A stretch of 64,000 bases of DNA from Gammaproteobacteria bacterium (lineage in GTDB: Bacteria; Pseudomonadota; Gammaproteobacteria; Magnimaribacterales; D2472). This document shows, piece after piece, positions 56,788-64,000 of this stretch (position 1 is the first letter of the stretch; each line of letters starts with the position of its first letter). The stretch lies in the NCBI GenBank assembly GCA_038108875.1, contig JAYNII010000001.1, forward strand, positions 35,450-99,449. Reading direction: 5' to 3'. The translations under genes and the position numbers were made by a program. The notes under the pieces are model-generated. The model was not told where the DNA came from, ran no database searches, and was given only the letters and a program-made list of their open reading frames with translations.

Positions 56788-58800
56788 ATGAAAATATTGC
56801 CTGCTATCCTTGTTCTAATTTTTACACTTTTTTCATGTTCTCAATCAGAAGATTTACAAGATCCTCAAGGAGTTGTTAGAGATCTTATAGATGTGGCCGA
56901 GGCAAGAGAAGCGCTCAGAAATATTCCTGATATTCCATGGGATTCTCAGGTTAATAAAACTCACTATCAAGCCAAAATTTCCGCAGCTGCCAATAGAAAG
57001 CCTTTATTTGGGGACTTGCACGTTCATACAAGATATTCCTTTGATGCTTATGTGTTTGGAACATTAGCATCTCCAGATAATGCTTATGAATATGCCAAGG
57101 GTATGGCTATCAAACACCCTGCAGGTTTTGATGTCAGGCTTAAAAAACCCTTAGATTTTTATGGAGTTACTGATCATGGTATGTTTTTGGGTTTAGTAAG
57201 GGAAGCTGCAACTCCAGATACCGATTTTTATAATAATGCTGCAAGCAAATCCGTAAGAGATATCAATATCAGTGATAATCTAAACCTAGGCAGTTTTGCT
57301 CAAAGGCGCCAAGCCTTTGCGGGATTTTTAACTGATGCTACTTTGGCTGCAGCCACCGGGAGCTTAGATAGAACCTACATTGACAATATCTCGCGGAGTG
57401 CATGGGCTGATACTATTGAAGCTGCCGATAGACACAATGCACCAGGTAAATTTACTACATTTGTTGGCTATGAATATACAACTTCAACTCCAAATATGGG
57501 TAACCTGCATAGAAATGTCATTTTTCTAGGGTCTGGGAATAAGTACCCAGCACTTCCTTTTTCAAGAGCTAATTCTACCAATCCAGAAAAACTCTGGGAT
57601 TGGATGGATGGTTTAAGGGAGCAGGGTATTGATTCCATAGCAATACCACACAATTCCAACGGTTCAGATGGAGCCATGTTTGAAATGGTTCAATGGAACG
57701 ATAAGCCTATAGATATAACATATGCTCAACAAAGATTGCGCAATGAACCTTTAGTTGAAATTACTCAAGTTAAAGGCACGTCGGATACCCATCCCTCGCT
57801 TTCAATGAACGATGAATGGGCTGATTTTGAGATAATGCCATATAAAGTTGCAACTATGGATGTTTCAAAAGTTCCTGGTAGTTATGTCAGAGAAGCTCTT
57901 AGAAATGGTCTGATTTTAGAAAATAAGATTGGTGCAAACCCTTATAAATTTGGAGTTATAGGATCTAGTGACACCCATACCGCTGCAGCATCTTTGGAAG
58001 AGAGTAACTATTTTTCTAAGGTTGGATTGTTAGATAGCAATGCTGAACTTAGAGGATCTATCCCTGTTACCAGTGAGTTGCTTAATCATCCTGAAGCCCT
58101 AGTTCAAGTTGGAGATGAAAAATATTTTCAAGCTGCTTCCATAACTTGGGGAGCTTCTGGTTTGACTGGTGTATGGGCTGAAGAGAACACGAGAGACTCA
58201 ATTTTTAGTGCTTTTAGAAGAAAAGAAACTTTTGGCACCTCTGGACCAAGAATGTTGGTAAGATTTTTTGCAGGTTTTGATTTAGACCCATCCAAAATTA
58301 ATGCTCCAGATCTCATCGAATATCTATATAACAACGCCTACTCAATGGGCTCAGATATTGATGAGCGCAATAATCAAAAAAACTTATCTTTTTTTGTTTG
58401 GGCTGTGAGCGACACAGATTCAGCTCCTCTGCAAAGGGTTCAAATTATTAAGGGTTGGATTGAGAATGGTGAAACTTTTGAAGCAGTATTTGATGTTGCC
58501 TGCTCCGATGGTCTTGAAATTGATCCTATAACTCATAGATGTCCAGATAACAATGCAAGAGTAAATTTAGCCGATTGTTCTTTTTCAACTGACAAGGGCG
58601 ATGATGAATTAATGTCTTTTTGGGAAGATCCAGATTTTGATCCCGCACAAAGAGCGTTTTACTATGTAAGAGTTTTAGAGAACCCAACTTGTCGATGGTC
58701 AACTTGGGATGCTCTTAGGGCTGGCGTTGAACCCAGAAAAGATATCCATAAAACTATTCAAGAAAGAGCTTGGTCATCTCCAATTCATTATCTTCCATAA
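56788..58800 (+). CDS. DUF3604-family lipoprotein (PHP-like metal-dependent hydrolase fold)
   Basis: Lipobox LFSCS, GDLHVHTRYSFDAY near the N-terminus, ~670 aa. Confidence 0.6.
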   Translation: MKILPAILVLIFTLFSCSQSEDLQDPQGVVRDLIDVAEAREALRNIPDIPWDSQVNKTHYQAKISAAANRKPLFGDLHVHTRYSFDAYVFGTLASPDNAYEYAKGMAIKHPAGFDVRLKKPLDFYGVTDHGMFLGLVREAATPDTDFYNNAASKSVRDINISDNLNLGSFAQRRQAFAGFLTDATLAAATGSLDRTYIDNISRSAWADTIEAADRHNAPGKFTTFVGYEYTTSTPNMGNLHRNVIFLGSGNKYPALPFSRANSTNPEKLWDWMDGLREQGIDSIAIPHNSNGSDGAMFEMVQWNDKPIDITYAQQRLRNEPLVEITQVKGTSDTHPSLSMNDEWADFEIMPYKVATMDVSKVPGSYVREALRNGLILENKIGANPYKFGVIGSSDTHTAAASLEESNYFSKVGLLDSNAELRGSIPVTSELLNHPEALVQVGDEKYFQAASITWGASGLTGVWAEENTRDSIFSAFRRKETFGTSGPRMLVRFFAGFDLDPSKINAPDLIEYLYNNAYSMGSDIDERNNQKNLSFFVWAVSDTDSAPLQRVQIIKGWIENGETFEAVFDVACSDGLEIDPITHRCPDNNARVNLADCSFSTDKGDDELMSFWEDPDFDPAQRAFYYVRVLENPTCRWSTWDALRAGVEPRKDIHKTIQERAWSSPIHYLP

Positions 58801-58856
58801 ATACAGCAATTTATTAGTGCAAACTAGGGAATTACTTAAAGGAATTAAATGACAAT

Positions 58857-59837
58857 ATGAGATATTTTTTATTATTCACTTTGTTTATAGGAATTATTGT
58901 GGAAGCTGAAGAGAGTGAAATCAACGAAGCGCTTAATACTGAAATGGGAGTGAGTGTGCAAAAAAAATCTACGTTTGAATTTTTTAAATGGAGGTTTACA
59001 AGAACTGAACCCGATAGGGTAGCAATTGAGATCTCGGATGATTGGAAAAGTTACAATTTAACAACCCAATTGAATTATACAGTTTGGATTGGTCACTCTA
59101 CCTTCTTAGTAAACAATGGAGATATAACTTTATTATTTGATCCAATGTTTTCAAAATATGCATCACCAGTATCCTTTATTGGACCCAGGAGGCTAATTGA
59201 TCCAGCTTTGCAGATAGATGACCTTCCCAAAATAGATATAGTTGCTATAAGCCATAACCATTACGACCATCTAGATATTCCTTCATTAAAAGCAATACAC
59301 AAAACTCAACCTGAGACTGTTTTTTTAGTTCCTAAGGGCGACAAAAAGCTTCTTAATAAACATGGAATAAAAAATGTTCAAGAATTTGACTGGTGGGAAT
59401 CTTTCGAGATTAAAAACTCATTATTTCATTTTGTACCTGTAAAACACTGGTCTGCAAGAACTCCATGGGACACCAATGAGAGTTTATGGGGTGGTTGGAT
59501 TGTTGCTAATGCCAACTTCAATCTTTTTCATGCTGGTGACACTGGATATGCCGGTATCTTTAAGGAAATTAAAGAGAAATTTACCAGGATTGATTATGCA
59601 TTTATTCCTATTGGAGCATACTCACCAAGAAATTTCATGAAAAATTCACATGTGACTCCTGAAGAAGCCTTGCAGGTTTCTATTGATATGGGGGTTAAAA
59701 AGAGTTTTGGAATGCATTGGGGTACTTTTATTCTAAGTGATGAACCGGTTATGGATCCCAAAGTTCAAATTGAAGCTAAACGGGGAAGCCTAGATTTTGA
59801 AATTGCTATACCTGGAAAAGTATATCCTTTAAATTAA
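58857..59837 (+). CDS. Exported MBL-fold metallohydrolase (NAPE-PLD/Lactamase_B_2-like)
   Basis: Signal peptide, ISHNHYDHLD metal motif, and later HAGDTGY and HWGTF. Confidence 0.8.
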   Translation: MRYFLLFTLFIGIIVEAEESEINEALNTEMGVSVQKKSTFEFFKWRFTRTEPDRVAIEISDDWKSYNLTTQLNYTVWIGHSTFLVNNGDITLLFDPMFSKYASPVSFIGPRRLIDPALQIDDLPKIDIVAISHNHYDHLDIPSLKAIHKTQPETVFLVPKGDKKLLNKHGIKNVQEFDWWESFEIKNSLFHFVPVKHWSARTPWDTNESLWGGWIVANANFNLFHAGDTGYAGIFKEIKEKFTRIDYAFIPIGAYSPRNFMKNSHVTPEEALQVSIDMGVKKSFGMHWGTFILSDEPVMDPKVQIEAKRGSLDFEIAIPGKVYPLN

Positions 59838-62389
59838 TATTTAAGCTCAATTCCAAAATCATTTGCTGAAATACTCACTGATTTTTTTCTATCTAACCCA
59901 CCAGAAATAATAAGTTCTGCGAGAGGGTTCTGAACATATTTTTCAATAGTTCGTTTTATTGGTCGCGCTCCAAATTTCTTATCAAACCCTTTTTTTGCTA
60001 ACCAACTGATTGCTTTGTCATCAAATTTTATATTTATTTCTTGTGATTCTAGGTTTCCAATAAGCTTATCAAGTTGAATTGATAAAATATCATTGATATG
60101 TTCTTCGGTTAGGGCATTAAAAATGAGCACATCATCCAAGCGATTCAAAAATTCTGGTTTAAAGAAAGCATTGACCTCGTCCATGATTTTTTCTTCAACT
60201 GCTTTATTAATAGATTTGCCCTCAGGATATAATTTAGATCCAAGGTTAGAAGTCATGATCAAAACGGTGTTCGTGAAATCTACCGTTCTTCCTTGACCGT
60301 CAGTCAGTCTTCCGTCATCAAGTAATTGCAATAGAACGTTGTAGACATCAGGATGGGCTTTTTCAATCTCATCTAATAAAACAATTTGATAAGGTTTTCG
60401 TCTTACAGATTCTGTTAATGCTCCGCCTTGTTCATAACCAACATAACCAGGAGGAGAGCCAATCATTCTTGAAATTGAATGCTTTTCCATATACTCAGAC
60501 ATATCCAGTCTTGTCATAGCATTACGATCGTTAAATAAATATTCGGCAAGGGCTTTAGTCAGCTCTGTTTTTCCTACACCTGTAGGACCCAAGAATAAGA
60601 AAGAACCGATAGGTCTGCTTTCATCGCTGAGGCCCGCTCTAGATCTTCTGATCGCATTAGAAACAGACTGCAAAGCATGCTTTTGTCCTACAACTTTTTT
60701 TTCAAGATACTCCTCGATTTTAAGGAGTCTTACTTTTTCTTCTTCTAAGATATTGCTCACTGGAATACCTGTCCATCTATGGACAACCTGAGCAATTTCT
60801 TTTTCGGTAACTTCTTCTTCTAACATGCCTTCGCCGCTAGCTTCATCCGAGCTCCTAATAAGATCCTCTAATTCTGGTATTTTTCCATATTTCAGTTCTC
60901 CAGCTTTTGCCCAATCCTGATTTCTTTCGGCAATTTCTAACTCTAATTTCACTTTATCTAATTGTTCTCTAATAGATTGTATGGAAACCAACTTTTCCTT
61001 TTGGCTTAACCATCTACCTGTAAGGTCGCTTGATGTTGATTCTAGTGCCTTAAGCTGTTCATCAATTTCAGCAAGCCTCTGTTTAGACTTTTTATCATCT
61101 TCCTTCAGTAATGCTTCTTTTTCTATCTTTAACTGGCCGATTTTCCTATCGATAGATTCGAGTTCTTCTGGCTTGCTGTCAGCTTGCATCCTTATAGAAG
61201 AGGCAGCTTCATCAATTAAATCGATAGCTTTATCTGGTAAAAATCTATTGTTGATATATCTTGAAGATAGTTTTACTGCGCTTAAGACAGCATTATCTGA
61301 AATTCTAACTCCATGATGAATTTCGTATTTTTCTTTAAGTCCTCTGAGAATAGCGATTGCATCATCTATTGAAGGTTCTTCAATGAGTACGGTTTGATAT
61401 CTCCTAGCTAAAGCAGCATCTTTCTCTATGTATTGACGATACTCATCCAGTGTTGTTGCTCCAATCATGTGCAACTCACCTCTTGCGAGAGCGGGCTTCA
61501 GCATATTGGATGCATCCATTGCGCCATCGGTTTTTCCAGCTCCAACCAAAGTATGCAATTCATCTAAAAATAGAATAATTTCTCCATTTTTTGATTTGAT
61601 TTGATCCAGAACTGATTTAAGACGTTCTTCAAATTCTCCTCTGTATTTAGAACCAGCTAGAAGTGCTGCCATATCCAAAGAGAGAATAGTTTTATTTTTA
61701 ATTCCTTCTGGAACATCGTTGTTGACTATTCTTTGGGCGATACCTTCAATTATGGCTGTTTTACCCACTCCTGGATCACCAATTAACACAGGGTTATTTT
61801 TAGTTCTTCTTGAGAGGACTTGAATGGAACGTCTAATTTCTTCATTGCGCCCAATCACGGGATCAAGTTTTCCTTCTCTAGCAAGATCAGTAATGTTTAT
61901 GGTAAATTTTTCAAGAGCTCCTAGAGTATACTCACCAGTTTCAGAGTCAATTTTTTGTCCATTCCTTTTTTGAATTACAAATTTCCTAAATTTATTAGTG
62001 TCTAAATTATGTTCTCTTACAATTTTTTGAATTGCAGAATCCGGAGAGGAAATGCACTGTATTAATAAATTATCAATTGCCACATATTGATCATTAAAGT
62101 CAGCTAGTCTCTTCTCGGCTTCTTGAAATATTTTAAGCGCCGCAGTATCTATACCTTGACCCTGAGGGTTTTTGACCACAGGCAGGCTTTTTATAGCTTG
62201 ATCAGTGCTTTGAATGAATGCTTGGGTATTTTGCTGAAAGGCAATCAATAAATTTATTGCAATCGATTCATCCAAGATTGCCCGCAAGAGGTGCGATGGA
62301 GTAATTAACTGATTATTGTTATCCACTGCATAGCCTTGTGCTTTCATAACACAATTTCTGGATGATTCAGTGAATTTCATTAAATTCAT
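59834..62389 (-). CDS. clpB: ClpB disaggregase (Hsp104/ClpB AAA+ chaperone)
   Basis: Near-colinear with E. coli ClpB as I remember it: [23 protein letters not shown], the coiled-coil M-domain, [10 protein letters not shown] and [18 protein letters not shown] aligns with MRLDRLTNKFQ, so the start is 62389, not 62503. Confidence 0.97.
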   Translation of the reverse strand: MNLMKFTESSRNCVMKAQGYAVDNNNQLITPSHLLRAILDESIAINLLIAFQQNTQAFIQSTDQAIKSLPVVKNPQGQGIDTAALKIFQEAEKRLADFNDQYVAIDNLLIQCISSPDSAIQKIVREHNLDTNKFRKFVIQKRNGQKIDSETGEYTLGALEKFTINITDLAREGKLDPVIGRNEEIRRSIQVLSRRTKNNPVLIGDPGVGKTAIIEGIAQRIVNNDVPEGIKNKTILSLDMAALLAGSKYRGEFEERLKSVLDQIKSKNGEIILFLDELHTLVGAGKTDGAMDASNMLKPALARGELHMIGATTLDEYRQYIEKDAALARRYQTVLIEEPSIDDAIAILRGLKEKYEIHHGVRISDNAVLSAVKLSSRYINNRFLPDKAIDLIDEAASSIRMQADSKPEELESIDRKIGQLKIEKEALLKEDDKKSKQRLAEIDEQLKALESTSSDLTGRWLSQKEKLVSIQSIREQLDKVKLELEIAERNQDWAKAGELKYGKIPELEDLIRSSDEASGEGMLEEEVTEKEIAQVVHRWTGIPVSNILEEEKVRLLKIEEYLEKKVVGQKHALQSVSNAIRRSRAGLSDESRPIGSFLFLGPTGVGKTELTKALAEYLFNDRNAMTRLDMSEYMEKHSISRMIGSPPGYVGYEQGGALTESVRRKPYQIVLLDEIEKAHPDVYNVLLQLLDDGRLTDGQGRTVDFTNTVLIMTSNLGSKLYPEGKSINKAVEEKIMDEVNAFFKPEFLNRLDDVLIFNALTEEHINDILSIQLDKLIGNLESQEINIKFDDKAISWLAKKGFDKKFGARPIKRTIEKYVQNPLAELIISGGLDRKKSVSISANDFGIELKY

Positions 62390-62398
62390 ATTTAATAT

Positions 62399-62427
62399 AT
62401 ATGGGCAGCAAAACATAAATTCAATTA
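62399..62427 (-). promoter_or_regulatory. Candidate sigma32 (heat-shock) promoter of clpB
   Basis: Minus strand reads AATTGAA-N14-CCCATATAT, compared with the consensus CTTGAAA-N13-15-CCCCATNT. It lies only ~9 nt upstream of the clpB ATG, which is unusually close. Confidence 0.35.
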
Positions 62428-62448
62428 GAAAATATTTATAATATTTGT

Positions 62449-62817
62449 ATGGAGCAGTTAAACGTATTTGGGGAACCTCTTGAGTTGTGTTGTGATAACC
62501 CAATTACAGGATTTATTAGAGACGGTTTTTGCAAACAACATCTCATGGATCGAGGTTTACATACAGTATGCGCCTTAATGACTGATGATTTTCTTAGGTT
62601 CTCAAAAGCTCAGGGAAATGATCTATCTACGCCCATGCCGGAATTTAACTTTCCTGGTTTAAAAGCAGGAGATAGATGGTGTCTATGCGCGATGAGATGG
62701 GTTGAAGCATACGAATTCGGCAAAGCCCCTAAAATTTTTCTTCGCGATTCCCACGAGCAAATATTAGAACTGGTTGAATTAGAGATATTACAAAAATTTG
62801 CTTTAGATTTAAATTAG
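62449..62817 (+). CDS. DUF2237-family protein
   Basis: NVFGEPLELCC..PITGFIRDGFC...GLHTVCALMTDDFL.FSKAQGNDLSTP...GLKAGDRWCLCA.RW matches my recollection of DUF2237 (COG3651). Confidence 0.75.
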   Translation: MEQLNVFGEPLELCCDNPITGFIRDGFCKQHLMDRGLHTVCALMTDDFLRFSKAQGNDLSTPMPEFNFPGLKAGDRWCLCAMRWVEAYEFGKAPKIFLRDSHEQILELVELEILQKFALDLN

Positions 62818-63999
62818 CTATTCAGCAGTAAATTTTACAGGCATTTCTTGGATAGCATGGACAAAGTTATTGGGTGCTACTTTCCATTCGCCTTCGTAGT
62901 GCATATCGGGAAAACGCGCAAGTATTTGGGAGTATGCTTCTTGCAATTGCATTAAAGCTATAGGCTTTCCTAGACAGGTGTGTCTTCCTATACCAAATGC
63001 TAGATGTTTATCAGCATTAGATCTTTCAATATTGAAATGATTGGGGTTGTCGAATACTTTAGGATCTCGATTGGCCGCTCCATACCACATAATAATTTTT
63101 TCTCCAGGGCCAATGCGCTGTTTTCCGATGATTGCCTCCTGAGTAGAAGTTCTTCTCATATGAATTACTGGCGATATCATCCTAATGGATTCTTGTACAA
63201 AATTTGGTAATAATTCCATATTAGCAAGCAGCAATTCTTTTTGATCTGGAAATTCAGTTAGCAATTTAATAGCACCACTTAAAGTATTTCTGGTAGTGTC
63301 ATTTCCAGCAAAAATAATTAACAGCCATGATCCATCTAAAAACTCATCGCTTAACTGTTCGCCTTCTAGCTCAGCATTCGCAATTGCAGAAAGGAGATCA
63401 TTGTCAGGATTTTGTCTTTTCTTAATAAGGATATCTCTTCCGTATTCAAACATTTCATCAACCATAGCGTTAAACATTGCAATCGTATTTTCATCTGGAG
63501 TTGCTGCAGTTTCTCCTGCCAATTCTTTACGATACGATTCAACTTGAAAATGTTGAGCTAACTCAAGAAACTCCATCCAAGAAACTAATTTTTGCCGATC
63601 AGATTCAGGAATTCCTAAAATCTCAGACAATGTAAATATCGGTAATTGTTGAGAAAAATGTTGAACTAAGTTACAAGAACCCATTGGAGCTATAACATCC
63701 AATAGTTGAGTAACTTTTGTCTTAACTTTTTTGTGGAGTTCATTCACATAGCCTGGCTTAAAGAATGGCATATGCTCCTTTCTCAAGTTTAAGTGAAGAT
63801 CTCCATCAAGATTAAGCATGTGATCAATAGAGCTTCTCCAAAGTTTAGGATGGCGCCTTGCTTCTTCACCCAAAGTCATAAGGGTTCCAGTACATAGTTG
63901 CGAAGAAAATATTTTAGGATTCATTGAAACGTATTGAATATCTTCGTAGCTAGTCAGGGACCAAAACCCAGGATCTAAATCGTATTCTGCGCGATGATG
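62818..63999 (-). CDS. Cytochrome P450 (N-terminus lies beyond the window end)
   Basis: FGIGRHTCLG heme loop and AGNDTT I-helix. The frame stays open upstream of the Met at 63924 (...HHRAEYDLDPGFWSLTSYEDIQYVSMNPKIFSS), a typical P450 N-terminal region. Confidence 0.9.
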   Translation of the reverse strand, partial: HHRAEYDLDPGFWSLTSYEDIQYVSMNPKIFSSQLCTGTLMTLGEEARRHPKLWRSSIDHMLNLDGDLHLNLRKEHMPFFKPGYVNELHKKVKTKVTQLLDVIAPMGSCNLVQHFSQQLPIFTLSEILGIPESDRQKLVSWMEFLELAQHFQVESYRKELAGETAATPDENTIAMFNAMVDEMFEYGRDILIKKRQNPDNDLLSAIANAELEGEQLSDEFLDGSWLLIIFAGNDTTRNTLSGAIKLLTEFPDQKELLLANMELLPNFVQESIRMISPVIHMRRTSTQEAIIGKQRIGPGEKIIMWYGAANRDPKVFDNPNHFNIERSNADKHLAFGIGRHTCLGKPIALMQLQEAYSQILARFPDMHYEGEWKVAPNNFVHAIQEMPVKFTAE

Positions 64000-64000
64000 A

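Noticed and set aside
62390-62503. N-terminal extensions proposed by the longest-ORF rule: clpB to 62503, Rieske to 9700, TBDR from 21645, gcdH from 24018, ogt from 34612, queF from 45690, pgl from 46363, ald from 50209, EamA from 51554.
   Set aside because: The extensions overlap neighbouring genes, a terminator or promoter elements. They also add residues absent from the conserved family N-termini; for example, Clp[12 protein letters not shown] aligns with E. coli MRLDRLTNKFQ.
1-64000. Search for CRISPR arrays, IS elements, integrons, prophage remnants, toxin-antitoxin pairs and known defence-system genes.
   Set aside because: I saw no repeat-spacer periodicity, no transposase, integrase or recombinase motifs, and no nuclease, helicase or methylase combinations typical of defence islands. 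The window is essentially metabolic and housekeeping.

Overview
AT-rich (about one-third G+C by eye, not computed), very gene-dense chromosomal segment. I call about 68 protein genes and 3 tRNAs. There is almost no intergenic DNA, and many genes have overlapping stop and start codons. I saw no transposase, integrase, phage gene, CRISPR array, toxin-antitoxin pair or recognisable defence gene. The content looks like a streamlined marine gammaproteobacterium. That is inferred from a CTGT-N8-ACAG LexA box, a sigma32-like clpB promoter and TonB-receptor-linked catabolism. A SAR86-like origin is only a guess. Layout: (i) 1-25 kb holds two TonB-dependent receptors bracketing an oxidative and beta-oxidation island. 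It contains 2 Rieske oxygenases, a KstD-like flavoprotein, an HsaA-like monooxygenase, a P450, SDRs, an acetoacetate-decarboxylase-family gene, DUF1330, an acyl-CoA synthetase, a crotonase, ACADs and gcdH. tdk, tRNA-Ala and several NTF2-like genes are interspersed. (ii) 25-31 kb holds a MacAB-like ABC efflux trio and glycosyltransferase-type envelope genes. (iii) 31-39 kb is a zero-spacer gene chain: rhomboid, FAD oxidoreductase, DUF1365, CFA-synthase-like methylase, ogt, a BolA-family gene, an RND/MMPL-like exporter and a CoA-transferase. (iv) 39-47 kb holds a thioesterase, MoxR ATPase, VWA protein, unknown 455-aa membrane protein, ABC-2 transporter, queF and pgl. (v) 47-51 kb starts at tRNA-Ser, followed by two small MarR-like genes, an unknown membrane module, VOC, NTF2-like and cupin genes, a textbook promoter plus LexA box in front of an 84-codon ORF, and ald. 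(vi) 51-64 kb holds a structured, terminator-capped ~190-nt element upstream of EamA-rhodanese, then ggt, tRNA-Arg, hisC, DUF3445, DUF3604, an MBL hydrolase, clpB, DUF2237 and a second P450 that runs off the window. No clearly novel system is evident. The leads most worth following are: the unclassified structured RNA at 51.36-51.56 kb; the output-less membrane-protein paralog pair, one copy coupled to a small wHTH gene; the SOS-controlled small ORF overlapping ald; the opposite-strand Smr-like ORF inside the oxygenase operon; and the partner-less steroid-type oxygenase island. All protein calls rest on motif recognition by eye, not on database searches.
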